From: Rhodanobacteraceae bacterium
Lineage (GTDB): Bacteria; Pseudomonadota; Gammaproteobacteria; Xanthomonadales; SZUA-5
DNA length: 64,000 bases
Direction: 5' to 3'
Assembly (NCBI GenBank): GCA_031409855.1
Contig: JANNYA010000226.1
Coordinates: 5,192-69,191, forward strand
Shown in pieces: positions 8,862-18,300 of the stretch. Position 1 is the stretch's first letter. Each line of letters begins with the position of its first letter. Position numbers and translations under genes: made by a program. The notes under the pieces were generated by a model that ran no database searches, had not been told where the DNA came from, and saw only the letters and a program-made list of their open reading frames with translations.

Positions 8862-10043
8862 ATGGCAAAGCCCGTCAAAACACCGGCTATTTCATCAAAA
8901 GAAAATCCATCGCTGCGGGAGATAGTAGATCGCACAGCGGTAATGGCTAAGACTCGGCGATTGGATATTTCTTTCAATGAGCTTATGGATATGGCAGAAA
9001 ATGGTGAACTGGAGATACGCCCGGAATTCCAACGAATTTTCGTTTGGACTGAAGCGCAACAGTCCAGATTCATTGAATCGTTATTACTTGAATTACCCGT
9101 GCCTCCGATATATGTAATTGAGCAGGGTGAGGAAGGACACTACCTATTAATTGATGGCTTACAACGACTTTCTACCTACCTACATTTTCGAGGTTGTTTA
9201 ACTAACAAATACCGAGACGTTGAACATGGTCAATATCTAAAACTTGAGTCCTGTGACATCGTTACACAACTTAACGGCATTACATGGGATCAACTCGACA
9301 CGGCGTTACAAATCAGACTCAAGCGTTCATTCATAATTATTCAAGTTATTCGAAAGGAAAGTAACAACGACCTCAAGTTCCATATGTTTAAACGTTTGAA
9401 CGCAGGCGGAGCGAGTTTGTCCCCCCAGCAATCGCGCAATGCATTTATGCGAATACTTCCAAATGGCGATCAAGTCATGGACTTCGCCGAATCAGTTGCT
9501 AAGACTCCCGATTTTATCGCGACTTGCACATCTGTACTTTCGGACAAGCACATGGATGGTCAAAATGATGCGGGCTTTGCCTTAAGATTTTTTGCCTTCA
9601 AAAATGCGCGCGCCAATTACATCCACGACGTCGATTCCTTTATTGATGATTTCGTTGAGGAAATTGCACGTGAAGGTGCATCAAAGAAGACGAGTTTTGA
9701 CTACATAAAAGAGAGAAAACATTTTCTGAAGACCTTTGAAGTACTTAACACTGCAACTGCGGACCGTTCATTTACTTTCCCTAATCGTGACTATACGGAG
9801 TTGACTTTAGGTTTTTCTGTCTATCACTTTGAAGGCGTAACGTTAGGCATTCAGCCTTACCTAGAACACTTGGACGCCACCGATTCGAGACAAATGTTAC
9901 GATTGGGCAGGGCACTGACCGAAGCACGGCTATCTTCTAAGTTCAAAACGGTTTCCGCAGGCGGCGGCAAAAATACGAAACGGCAACTCGACGCGCGTAT
10001 CGCAATAATTGGCTTAGCAGTTAAATCGATGTTGAAATTGTAA
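8862..10043 (+). CDS. DUF262 (ParB/GmrS-like nuclease/NTPase superfamily) protein lacking a DUF1524 tail
   Basis: Signature motifs are RPEFQRIFVW (PEFQR at 9021-9035) and LLIDGLQRLSTY (DGLQR at 9153-9167). GC is about 40% by hand count. An RBS-like AAAGGAA lies upstream. Confidence 0.85.
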   Translation: MAKPVKTPAISSKENPSLREIVDRTAVMAKTRRLDISFNELMDMAENGELEIRPEFQRIFVWTEAQQSRFIESLLLELPVPPIYVIEQGEEGHYLLIDGLQRLSTYLHFRGCLTNKYRDVEHGQYLKLESCDIVTQLNGITWDQLDTALQIRLKRSFIIIQVIRKESNNDLKFHMFKRLNAGGASLSPQQSRNAFMRILPNGDQVMDFAESVAKTPDFIATCTSVLSDKHMDGQNDAGFALRFFAFKNARANYIHDVDSFIDDFVEEIAREGASKKTSFDYIKERKHFLKTFEVLNTATADRSFTFPNRDYTELTLGFSVYHFEGVTLGIQPYLEHLDATDSRQMLRLGRALTEARLSSKFKTVSAGGGKNTKRQLDARIAIIGLAVKSMLKL

Positions 10044-10048
10044 ATATA

Positions 10049-10744
10049 ATGAATGCTGAAGATGCCGCGACTCAATTAGAGGACGATAAGCGCAGTCGGC
10101 TTAATGAGTTGACTTTCCTAGAAAACATCTGCAACTCATTGCCCGACGAAATTCAACAAAACCGTATGCGTAAAGCAGTAATTCTTATGCTCTATGCACA
10201 ATTGGAGGGGTTTACCAAAACGGCCTTAGAAATTTATTGCCGACATATCAACGAGGCAGCATTGAGATGCGGTGATGTATTACCTGAGCTCGCGACCAGC
10301 GCATTTTCCGAAGTTTTTAAGGCATTACAAGGTTCGGATAAAGCTACAAAAAAATTCTTACCTAATGAGCTTCACGAACTGAAAGAAGACTTGCGAACGT
10401 TTGCAATTCAAAAAACATTAGTCTCATTGTGTGCCAATTTTATGCAGGCTGAACTTAAAATTCCCGACAAGTACGTCGATATGGAATCAAATCTAAAGCC
10501 TATGGTGCTTAAGAAAAATCTGTACCGTTTAGCTCTACCGTTCCAAATGTTCAACGAACACATCGGCATATTAGACCGGCTTTTGAATCAGCGAAACACA
10601 ATAGCGCACGGAGGACTGGTAGCCGGAATTGGCGCGGTCGACTATGCAGAAATGCGTCAAGCCGCGTTAAATATAATTGACGCACTTCAGGAAAAAGTTA
10701 TTCAGGCAATTTCAACTCGAAGCTATTTGCGGGACCAGGTTTAA
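10049..10744 (+). CDS. HEPN-like nuclease. Its size and architecture resemble the MAE_28990/MAE_18760 (RiboL-PSP-HEPN) family.
   Basis: A 231-aa helical protein with the C-terminal motif LLNQRNTIAHGG (Rx4H, 10592-10609). It starts 5 nt after the DUF262 stop. GC is about 40%. Confidence 0.65.
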   Translation: MNAEDAATQLEDDKRSRLNELTFLENICNSLPDEIQQNRMRKAVILMLYAQLEGFTKTALEIYCRHINEAALRCGDVLPELATSAFSEVFKALQGSDKATKKFLPNELHELKEDLRTFAIQKTLVSLCANFMQAELKIPDKYVDMESNLKPMVLKKNLYRLALPFQMFNEHIGILDRLLNQRNTIAHGGLVAGIGAVDYAEMRQAALNIIDALQEKVIQAISTRSYLRDQV

Positions 10745-10746
10745 AT

Positions 10747-13032
10747 CTAAACCACCAAAGCCCTAGCCGCCGCCAACACCGTGTCATCCGAAGGCAGCAC
10801 CAACGTCGCCGCACCCGCCAGCGGCGTAAACGTATCAGCACCCACGACGCGCTTGCAGGCTTTGGCGCCTAGGCCGGCTTCAACAATCGCGGTGAATACG
10901 CCTTCACTGATACCGGCGCTTTCACGGCCTTCGTCGACGATCAATACCGCCCTGCATTCGCGCGCGTGTTCGGCGATTTGCTTGGCGTTGAGCGGCTGCA
11001 GCCAGCGTAGGTCCAGCACCCGCACTTTTTTGCCTTCCATCGCTAACTGCTTCGCGGCGCGCAGGCTCATCAATACGCCATTGGCATAGCTAATAATGAG
11101 TAAGTCAGTGGCCTCGCCAAAATAAATTCGGCCTTCGCCTAGTTTCATTGCTTGCGTCGGTGCTGGATAGGCGAACTGCCACTGGCCATCGCCCGGTTCA
11201 TGCAAATCTTTCGTCATGTACAGCGCGATGGGCTCCAAGAATGCGCAGACGCGGCCATCCACATGCGCCAATGCCATCAGCGTACGCAGCATCATCGCTG
11301 CGTCATCGCCCCGGCTGGGGCAGCCGATAACCAATGCCGGAATATCGCGCAGCGCGGTGATCGAGTTATCGTTATGAAAATGCCCACCAAAGCCTTTTTG
11401 ATAGCCTAGGCTGGCCATGCGCATCACCATCGGGTTGCGAAATTGGTTATTGCTGAAAAATTGCAGGCTGGACGCCTCGCCGCGAATTTGATCGCAGGCA
11501 TTATGAAAATACGCCAAATACTGGATTTCCGGCATCGGCAATAGCCCGACATTGGCAAAGCCCTGCGCCAAGCCCAAGATCGTTTGCTCATCCAATAGGG
11601 TATTGAAAACACGGCTGCCTTTGAAGGTTTTGAACAAATTCTTGGTGACCGTGTAAACGCCACCTTTGAGCGCCACGTCTTCGCCAAAGATCACCGAATT
11701 CGGGTATTTCAGCAGTAAATCATGCAGCGCCAAATTGATATTGACGGCCAAATGTTTCGGCGCAGCTGCTTCTGGCAACTGCTCGCCCCACAGTGCAACG
11801 CGCTTATCCGCATAGTCGCAGCGTATGGATTCGGCTTTGACCGCTTCCGGTGTGTAAGGCGCTAACGGTGCCATGACTGCCGCAAGCGTGGTCAATTTCG
11901 GCGACTGATCCGCCGCTTCAGCGGCAGCAAAGCATTTTTTGCGGATCGATTCGTACAGCGCAATCAACTCATCCGGCGTCAACGCACCGGAATCGAGCGC
12001 AAGCGCCGCACTTTTGAGTATAGGATCGGCGGCCTCGCCCGCCAGCACATCCTCAAGCGCGCGATATTCGATTTCAAAATCGGTGCCCGCGTGGCCCATC
12101 AGCCGCACGGTTTTTAAGTGCAAAAAGGTTGGACGACGGCTACTGCGGCAGTGATTGACTGCCGCCTGCACTGCCGAGTACCCCGTGCCCAAGTCCAAGC
12201 CATCGGCATAAAAATAATCCAGCGCATTACGGTTTTTGAAACTCGCCGCGATCCAATTGCTGGGCGAGCGCACGGAAATACCAATGCCGTTGTCTTCACA
12301 GACAAATAAACACGGTGCGCTCAGGCCCTGATACGCAGTCCACTGCGCGGCATTAAAAGCGCCCTGCGCGGTGGAATGGTTGGCGCTGGCGTCGCCAAAG
12401 GAGCAAATTGAAATGCTGTCGTCTGGAATGGGTAGCTTGTGATTCAAGCGTTTCGCAAGCTCAATGCCCAGAGCGGTGCCGTAGGCTTTCGGCAAATGGC
12501 TGGCAATCGTGGACGTTTGTGGCAACACCCATAGCGGTTTCGAGCCCCAAACTTTGTGCCGGCCACCGCTGGCGGGATCTAAGCTCGAGGCAGCAAAGCT
12601 GTAGGCGGAATCCATGATTGGATCCATGCCCGGCAGCTTGCGAAAACGCTCCGCCATAAAACCGCCGGAACGATAGTGCAAAAACGCCGGGTCGGTGTGG
12701 CGCGCAGCACGCGCGACCATCGCGTTACCTTCATGGCCGGAGCTACCAATGGTGTAAAACACTTTATTTTGCACGCGCAACACGCGCGCCATCAAATCTA
12801 GGTGCCGTGAAATCAGCTGCGATTCTAAAAGTTCTAACAAATCAGCAACTTGCAGCGAACCGTCAGCAACTAGATCATGGCGGCCTAAGCGCACAGTAGC
12901 GCCTGCGTGTTGGCGACAAAACGCGAGAAAATTCGCATCGACGGCTTCTGCGCGGTTTACGCCACGGCTTGTGGACAGATAGCTTGGTAAAGGCAGGGGG
13001 CTAGGTAACGGCACGGGGCTAGATAAAGACAT
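10747..13032 (-). CDS. Thiamine-diphosphate-dependent 2-oxoacid dehydrogenase E1 component, fused alpha+beta subunits
   Basis: The N-terminal half is E1-alpha-like (GSSGHEGNAMVA, FGDASANHSTAQGAFN = TPP-binding GDG..N region). The C-terminal half is E1-beta/transketolase-like (FGEDVALKGGVY, LDEQTILG, ASLGYQKGFGGHFHNDN). Confidence 0.85.
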   Translation of the reverse strand: MSLSSPVPLPSPLPLPSYLSTSRGVNRAEAVDANFLAFCRQHAGATVRLGRHDLVADGSLQVADLLELLESQLISRHLDLMARVLRVQNKVFYTIGSSGHEGNAMVARAARHTDPAFLHYRSGGFMAERFRKLPGMDPIMDSAYSFAASSLDPASGGRHKVWGSKPLWVLPQTSTIASHLPKAYGTALGIELAKRLNHKLPIPDDSISICSFGDASANHSTAQGAFNAAQWTAYQGLSAPCLFVCEDNGIGISVRSPSNWIAASFKNRNALDYFYADGLDLGTGYSAVQAAVNHCRSSRRPTFLHLKTVRLMGHAGTDFEIEYRALEDVLAGEAADPILKSAALALDSGALTPDELIALYESIRKKCFAAAEAADQSPKLTTLAAVMAPLAPYTPEAVKAESIRCDYADKRVALWGEQLPEAAAPKHLAVNINLALHDLLLKYPNSVIFGEDVALKGGVYTVTKNLFKTFKGSRVFNTLLDEQTILGLAQGFANVGLLPMPEIQYLAYFHNACDQIRGEASSLQFFSNNQFRNPMVMRMASLGYQKGFGGHFHNDNSITALRDIPALVIGCPSRGDDAAMMLRTLMALAHVDGRVCAFLEPIALYMTKDLHEPGDGQWQFAYPAPTQAMKLGEGRIYFGEATDLLIISYANGVLMSLRAAKQLAMEGKKVRVLDLRWLQPLNAKQIAEHARECRAVLIVDEGRESAGISEGVFTAIVEAGLGAKACKRVVGADTFTPLAGAATLVLPSDDTVLAAARALVV

Positions 13033-13117
13033 GCGTAAGATTTCGTGAAAATTGACAGGCGCGAAGTGTAGCTTGGCTGGCAGGCAGATACAGCCGCACG
13101 CCGATTTACCAGCCTCG

Positions 13118-13153
13118 GCCTTCAGGCCGAACTAGGCACCGCCTTCAGGCCGA
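13118..13153. promoter_or_regulatory. Two copies of the 13-bp direct repeat GCCTTCAGGCCGA (13118-13130 and 13141-13153) in a divergent promoter region
   Basis: Read directly. Each copy contains a short inverted repeat (GGCC-TTCA-GGCC). The repeats lie between the divergent E1 gene and the HEAT-like gene. Confidence 0.25.
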
Positions 13154-13186
13154 TGACACGGAACTGCGCCGTGTTAGCTTAGTCAC

Positions 13187-15214
13187 ATGCGTTTCGCAGC
13201 ATTCATCAAACAAACAGGGCTTCAGATGACCATTCCGCTAATCCGGTTTCAACTAGGACACCATCGAAGACTCGCAGCGCTGCTGTTCGCGCTGAGCGTT
13301 GCACCCGCGAGCTTTGCCAAGATGTTGATTCCAATGCCTATCAATTTGGATTCACTAGCGAATGTGGAGGATAAAGGACTGTGCTTGATCGCTGGCTGCG
13401 ATGACTTTGGCTCGTCGGTACGCCTACCGCCGCATGAAGTGGCGCAAATGCCACTTTGGAAAACCGATTCGCGGGCGTGGGCGCGGGCACTATTTTGGTT
13501 TTGCAATGCCGATGGTTATTGCGCAAAGTCAAATGATCAGGTGCCTCCTGTGGGCGCATGGGGCGAAATAAACGTGCCAATTCCTGCAAAAGAAAATCTG
13601 ATCGTACACTTGCCATACTCACTACTGTCGTCGGTGTTGAAGGATCCGGCGCCGCAAGTTCGCGCCGCCGCGTTAATGCGTATGGATCTAACCAGCCCGG
13701 GCGCACGCATAGCCGCCGAAGCGTTGCTGAGCGACGCCGCTTGGGTTGAACCGCTGGCGCACACAGTGGCAGACCACGCCTATTCGGTGCTGAATGCCGC
13801 GTTTCCAGAGCGCTTTTCGACGCGCGGCAAAATCGCGCTAAACCGGGAGCGTGGCATTAAAGCCCTGGCCGACATACGCATGCCCTACGCCAAACTAGCG
13901 ACCGATTGGTCAAGCAAAATTGCGAACTACCCGCACACGACCGGTGTGAACGCGACGCCTGACTGGGCGCAAAAAAACGTCACCAGCTTTTGGCTAGATC
14001 GCGGCGCGCTGGCAGGGTTTTGGCATTTAGCCAGCCCACAGCAACTGGAGGCGGCGCTTGCGCATCAAGATCCAACGATACGCCTGACGGCATTCGACGC
14101 CTTGTCGATCCGCGAACGGCGTAAAGACTTAAGCGCACTTGCGATTCGAGCTAACAAATTAGGTGGCGCGAGCAGTATCGGCAGCTGCATTCCCCAAATG
14201 CAATCGATTGGCTTTGATTTGTTCACTGCGATCCTGCAAAGCGGTCAAATGCATGAAACAACGCTGTTTATGGACTCCTTGGACTATCAAACCAAAACGC
14301 GTTTATCGTTAGAGCTTGCCGGCAACCCAGTCACAGAAATCGCTGCGTATTTGACTCAACATCCGAACAATGCAGCGCAGTTCGCGCCGATTCTGCGCCG
14401 CTGGGCGCAGGCAGACACACGATATTCAGTGTCAGCACTGGCCGCTGCGGGCTTGAGCGCAGACTTGCCACGTTTGAAAACCGTTGCCGACGCCGGTGAC
14501 TTTTCCCAGCTGCTGGGGCGCGATGATGCAGCGATCTATCAATCAGCACAGTCATACTATGTGGCGCGGCGCACCTTTGATTCGACGCAAAAGCGCAGCG
14601 AAATCGACAATCAGAGCAGGCGCGAGGGCGTTTCTAGCCAATGGTTCCAATACGCGTATTCCTTAGCAGATGATAAGGCTGCGGCGCTGTTCGCCGAAAT
14701 TTTTGCAGCTGCCACCCCCAAGGCCGCACGTACGGAACAATTGCGCACCTTGCATGCGGCACTTATTTACTCGGCAAACCGAAAGTCCATGAATGCATTG
14801 CTTTGGCGGCAGCACGAAATCTTGCTGCCGCAACACGCTGCAGCGATCTTGGCGGCAGACCCAAACGCAGCGAAAACTGCCTTGCGGTTGCTCAGCAACA
14901 CAGAGTGGTCAAGTCAAATCACCGATCTAGCGAAGCTACAAACGACGGACTATTGCTATGACTACGCTAGCATCATGACGCCACTGATGAACCTGCTACC
15001 ACTCAAACCACAAGAAACCTATCTGCTGTATGCACTAGACAACGAACCGGCGTGCGCGATTGCAAGTTATCTAACAAGCGCCAATGTAAAACCGCTCACC
15101 GCAGCTCAGGTGTTGAGCGCACGCATCGCGCGCGAACGTGGGAAGAGTCAGGTGCTGCTGGCAGCGGCACTTCAGACGGCACGTTACCAATGGCCGGAAC
15201 TGGACGGGCGCTAG
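13187..15214 (+). CDS. Hypothetical secreted alpha-helical protein with HEAT/ARM-like repeats
   Basis: The signal peptide is clearest from the alternative start at 13226 (MTIPLIRFQLGHHRRLAALLFALSVAPASFA). HEAT-like segments are DPAPQVRAAALMRM and HQDPTIRLTAFDAL. I recognised no catalytic motif. Confidence 0.55.
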   Translation: MRFAAFIKQTGLQMTIPLIRFQLGHHRRLAALLFALSVAPASFAKMLIPMPINLDSLANVEDKGLCLIAGCDDFGSSVRLPPHEVAQMPLWKTDSRAWARALFWFCNADGYCAKSNDQVPPVGAWGEINVPIPAKENLIVHLPYSLLSSVLKDPAPQVRAAALMRMDLTSPGARIAAEALLSDAAWVEPLAHTVADHAYSVLNAAFPERFSTRGKIALNRERGIKALADIRMPYAKLATDWSSKIANYPHTTGVNATPDWAQKNVTSFWLDRGALAGFWHLASPQQLEAALAHQDPTIRLTAFDALSIRERRKDLSALAIRANKLGGASSIGSCIPQMQSIGFDLFTAILQSGQMHETTLFMDSLDYQTKTRLSLELAGNPVTEIAAYLTQHPNNAAQFAPILRRWAQADTRYSVSALAAAGLSADLPRLKTVADAGDFSQLLGRDDAAIYQSAQSYYVARRTFDSTQKRSEIDNQSRREGVSSQWFQYAYSLADDKAAALFAEIFAAATPKAARTEQLRTLHAALIYSANRKSMNALLWRQHEILLPQHAAAILAADPNAAKTALRLLSNTEWSSQITDLAKLQTTDYCYDYASIMTPLMNLLPLKPQETYLLYALDNEPACAIASYLTSANVKPLTAAQVLSARIARERGKSQVLLAAALQTARYQWPELDGR

Positions 15215-15340
15215 GCGCGCGCGCTGTATACTTATTCATCTATCGTCGGACGATGCCGCCCATTCATGACGATTCACAAAACTTCGGGCCTGCTATTAAA
15301 CCTGCGAGTGGGTTAAAGTGAGGAAAGGGAAATTAATTGG

Positions 15341-18300
15341 ATGGGATCTGAAATGCGCGATAAATTCGCTCGACGTTTTCAATATTTGCGTGTGGCACTG
15401 CTGACATTAGGCATGGTGGGAACGGCGATGGGTCAGTCGTTCACGCTTTCCGTGCCTGCAAACCCAAATGGATTGCCAGTAGCAGCCGGTGCAGACGTCG
15501 GTTTTAGCGTCGGTGGGGCGACTGCAGGTGTTTCAATAATCATTAACAAAAGCGCAGACGTTACCTATCTCGCGAGCTTAACCACTCCTGGCTGGACTTG
15601 CACTGGTAGCGTTGCTTTGGTCTGCTCCGGCCCTGGTAACGGTTTCAATTTTACCTTGACAATGCCGCCGGAAGCCCCGTTAAACCCAATCACTTCAGCA
15701 ACTGGTGTGCGCACCATAACTGCAGGCCAGGGAACGGTTTCGGCTTCCAAGGATGTAACCTACAGCGTAGTCAGCGATATCGTCATCCAGCCCCCAACTG
15801 TTGCTGCACTTGCCGTTGGTGCATCCTCCCAGCTAAATTTTGTCGTCATTAATGGCGGGCCTGCCGCACCCTACAACTGGTTTTACCAAACGCGCGTGCT
15901 TTTTACCTTGCCGAGCGATCTCGTTTACGCCGGTTCCAACACCGCGCCTTGGTCTTGCACTGCTGCAGGTGCAAACGTTACTTGCTTGCTTGATGAAGCA
16001 TCGACGCCTAGCCCAGTGTCCCGCCCAATCCCTTTGACAGTGCGCCGAAGTTCCGCGCCAGCAGGGCAGTCGCTCATCAGTTATTCGGTAGGCACGTTAA
16101 ATAATGACCCCAACCCCAGCAATAATCAGGGTTCGGTTTTGGTGCCGCTTGGCGTGGCGGCAACGGTAGATTTACGCCTGGCCGGTACTAATCCTGGCCC
16201 ACAGGACAGCGGCACAGCTTTTACAACACGCTTTACACTTGATGCTGTGCAAGGCCCAGGGGCGGCGAATACCGAGGTTCGCTTTAGTCAACCCAGCAGT
16301 TCGACCCAGCAAATTCAGGCCGTTAGTGCTTCGTCCTCTCAGTTTACCTGCTCCGTCGATGTGGGCGGCCTCGGCGGCAATTGCGTCGCCAGTGTTTATG
16401 GCACTTTGGGCGTTACAACCACGCCAGCACCGGTTGAGTTTAGCGTCACCGGAGTTGCGCCGGTCGTAGCGACATCCCAGTCGAATTCAATCGTATTGCG
16501 TGGCGTCGTCAGCAGCGCAACGTCGGATACAAATCCTGGCAATAACGCTGCTGATGTCGGCATTACGGTCCTTGGGCCAGCGCCAGTCGCCGCGCAGTTA
16601 CAAATTAGCAAAAACGCTAGCGCAAGTTCGGTCAGCAGTGGCCAGGAATTCACCTATGCCTTAAATGTTTCAAACGTTGGTTCTGTGCCCGCGACTAGCG
16701 TAATTCTTGAAGATCAATTGGCTTCAAGTTTGACCTTTCTAGCCATAGAACAAGCGTCGGCAGGGCTTAGCTGCAACCAATCTGCGGGCCTAGTGCGCTG
16801 TATACAAACCCAGTTGAATCAGGGCGCACAAGCCACAGTAACTTTGCGTGTCCGCGCGCCAACGGCTCTGGGAACCATCGCCAATACCGCCACCGTCACT
16901 TCCAACAACTCAAGCGCGAGTCAATCGGCCAGCGCGAACGTGCAAGTCAGCTCAGGCCTAGATTTGGTATTGGTAAAATCAGACAGCGTTGATCCGGTCA
17001 ATGTCGGCGGCGAGTTTGACTATTTATTAAGCGTTAGCAACCAAGGCACAAGTGTTGCTAGGTCGCTGATTTTGAGCGATGACTTGCCTAACTCAACAAG
17101 TTTTGTTTCCGCAAATGGCGGCGGTTTTAGCTGCAGTGGCGGGCAGAATCTGCGTTGCACTTTAAGCAGCCTTGCGGCAGGCGCAACTGCCACGGTTCAG
17201 GTAAGAGTGCGTGCATTATCAGCAGGTCAAGCACTCAACACAGCCAGTGTCACGACGCCAGATGTAGAAGTTACTTTGGCAAATAATTCTGATTCTGAAA
17301 CAACTACATTCGCCATCGTTAGCGTCGATACCGACCTAGTGCTAACCGCACCCAGCACGCAAAATGCAACGGTCGGCAGTGATACCGCCGTCATCTACAC
17401 CGTGCGCAATGCGGGGCCAGCGAATTCCAACTGCGGCACATTAAATTTATCGCTGAGTGGCGGCGTTGCCGCCGCTTTTTCACTGAAATCGGTGTCCGGA
17501 TTAGGCGCAACTTGCTCCGTCGCCGGTAGCACAGCGACTTGTCAGCTGCCGCCTATTAATGCATTCGCGCAAACGCAAATAAGCGCCACTTTGGGCGCAA
17601 TTGGCGCGGCAAGCTCGACGCTGACTGCCACGCTTAACTGTGCGACCGACACAAATCCAAGCAACAACACCGCCACCACGGCGCTTACCGGCATTTTGGC
17701 GCCCGGCGCAGATTTAAAGTTGACCGTACGCGATGACGATCCAGTTGTTCTTGCTAGTGAATACAACTATGTCGTCAGCGCGGATAACTTTGGCCCCGAG
17801 GAAGCGCGCGGAGTCGCTGTCAAATTCACCCTACCCGAAGGCACGGATTTTGTCAGCTTCACGGGCGCTAACTTTAGCTGTTTGGCGCAAGCTCAAATCA
17901 TTACGTGCCCGTATTCCGTAAATTTAAGCGCGTTGGCAACCCAACGCACCGCGCGTCTGACCGTTCGGGTTCGTGCGCGTGCCGAAGTGGGTCAAGTGAC
18001 GGCAGTTATTGAACTCAGCAGTGTAAGTCGTGACTCAAATCCCAGTGACAATACGATCCGCGAAACCACGCAAATCAATGCCAAAGACGCAGAACAAGTG
18101 GCCGGCGTGATTTTACCGCAACTTACCGATCAATTTGCACTTGATGCAGCACCCGTGGTGGCCGATATTTGTGCAAAGCCCGTGCCTGAACTCGTCGCGC
18201 AATGTGAAGCCATTATCGATGCGGCTTTGGATCGCGACATCGGCGCATTGCAGAGTGGTCTACGCGCGGTATTCCCGGAAGAGGTTCTATCTGAACGTCT

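Noticed and set aside
7477-10744. Whether the low-GC island is a discrete mobile element (IS, integron cassette, prophage remnant)
   Set aside because: I found no integrase, transposase or recombinase, no flanking direct or inverted repeats, and no tRNA target. I therefore describe it only as a compositionally foreign insertion.
10738-10753. The GGTTTA-AATC-TAAACC hairpin containing both convergent stop codons, considered as a bidirectional terminator
   Set aside because: It has only a 6-bp AT-rich stem and no U-tract on either strand. That is too weak to call and may be coincidental.
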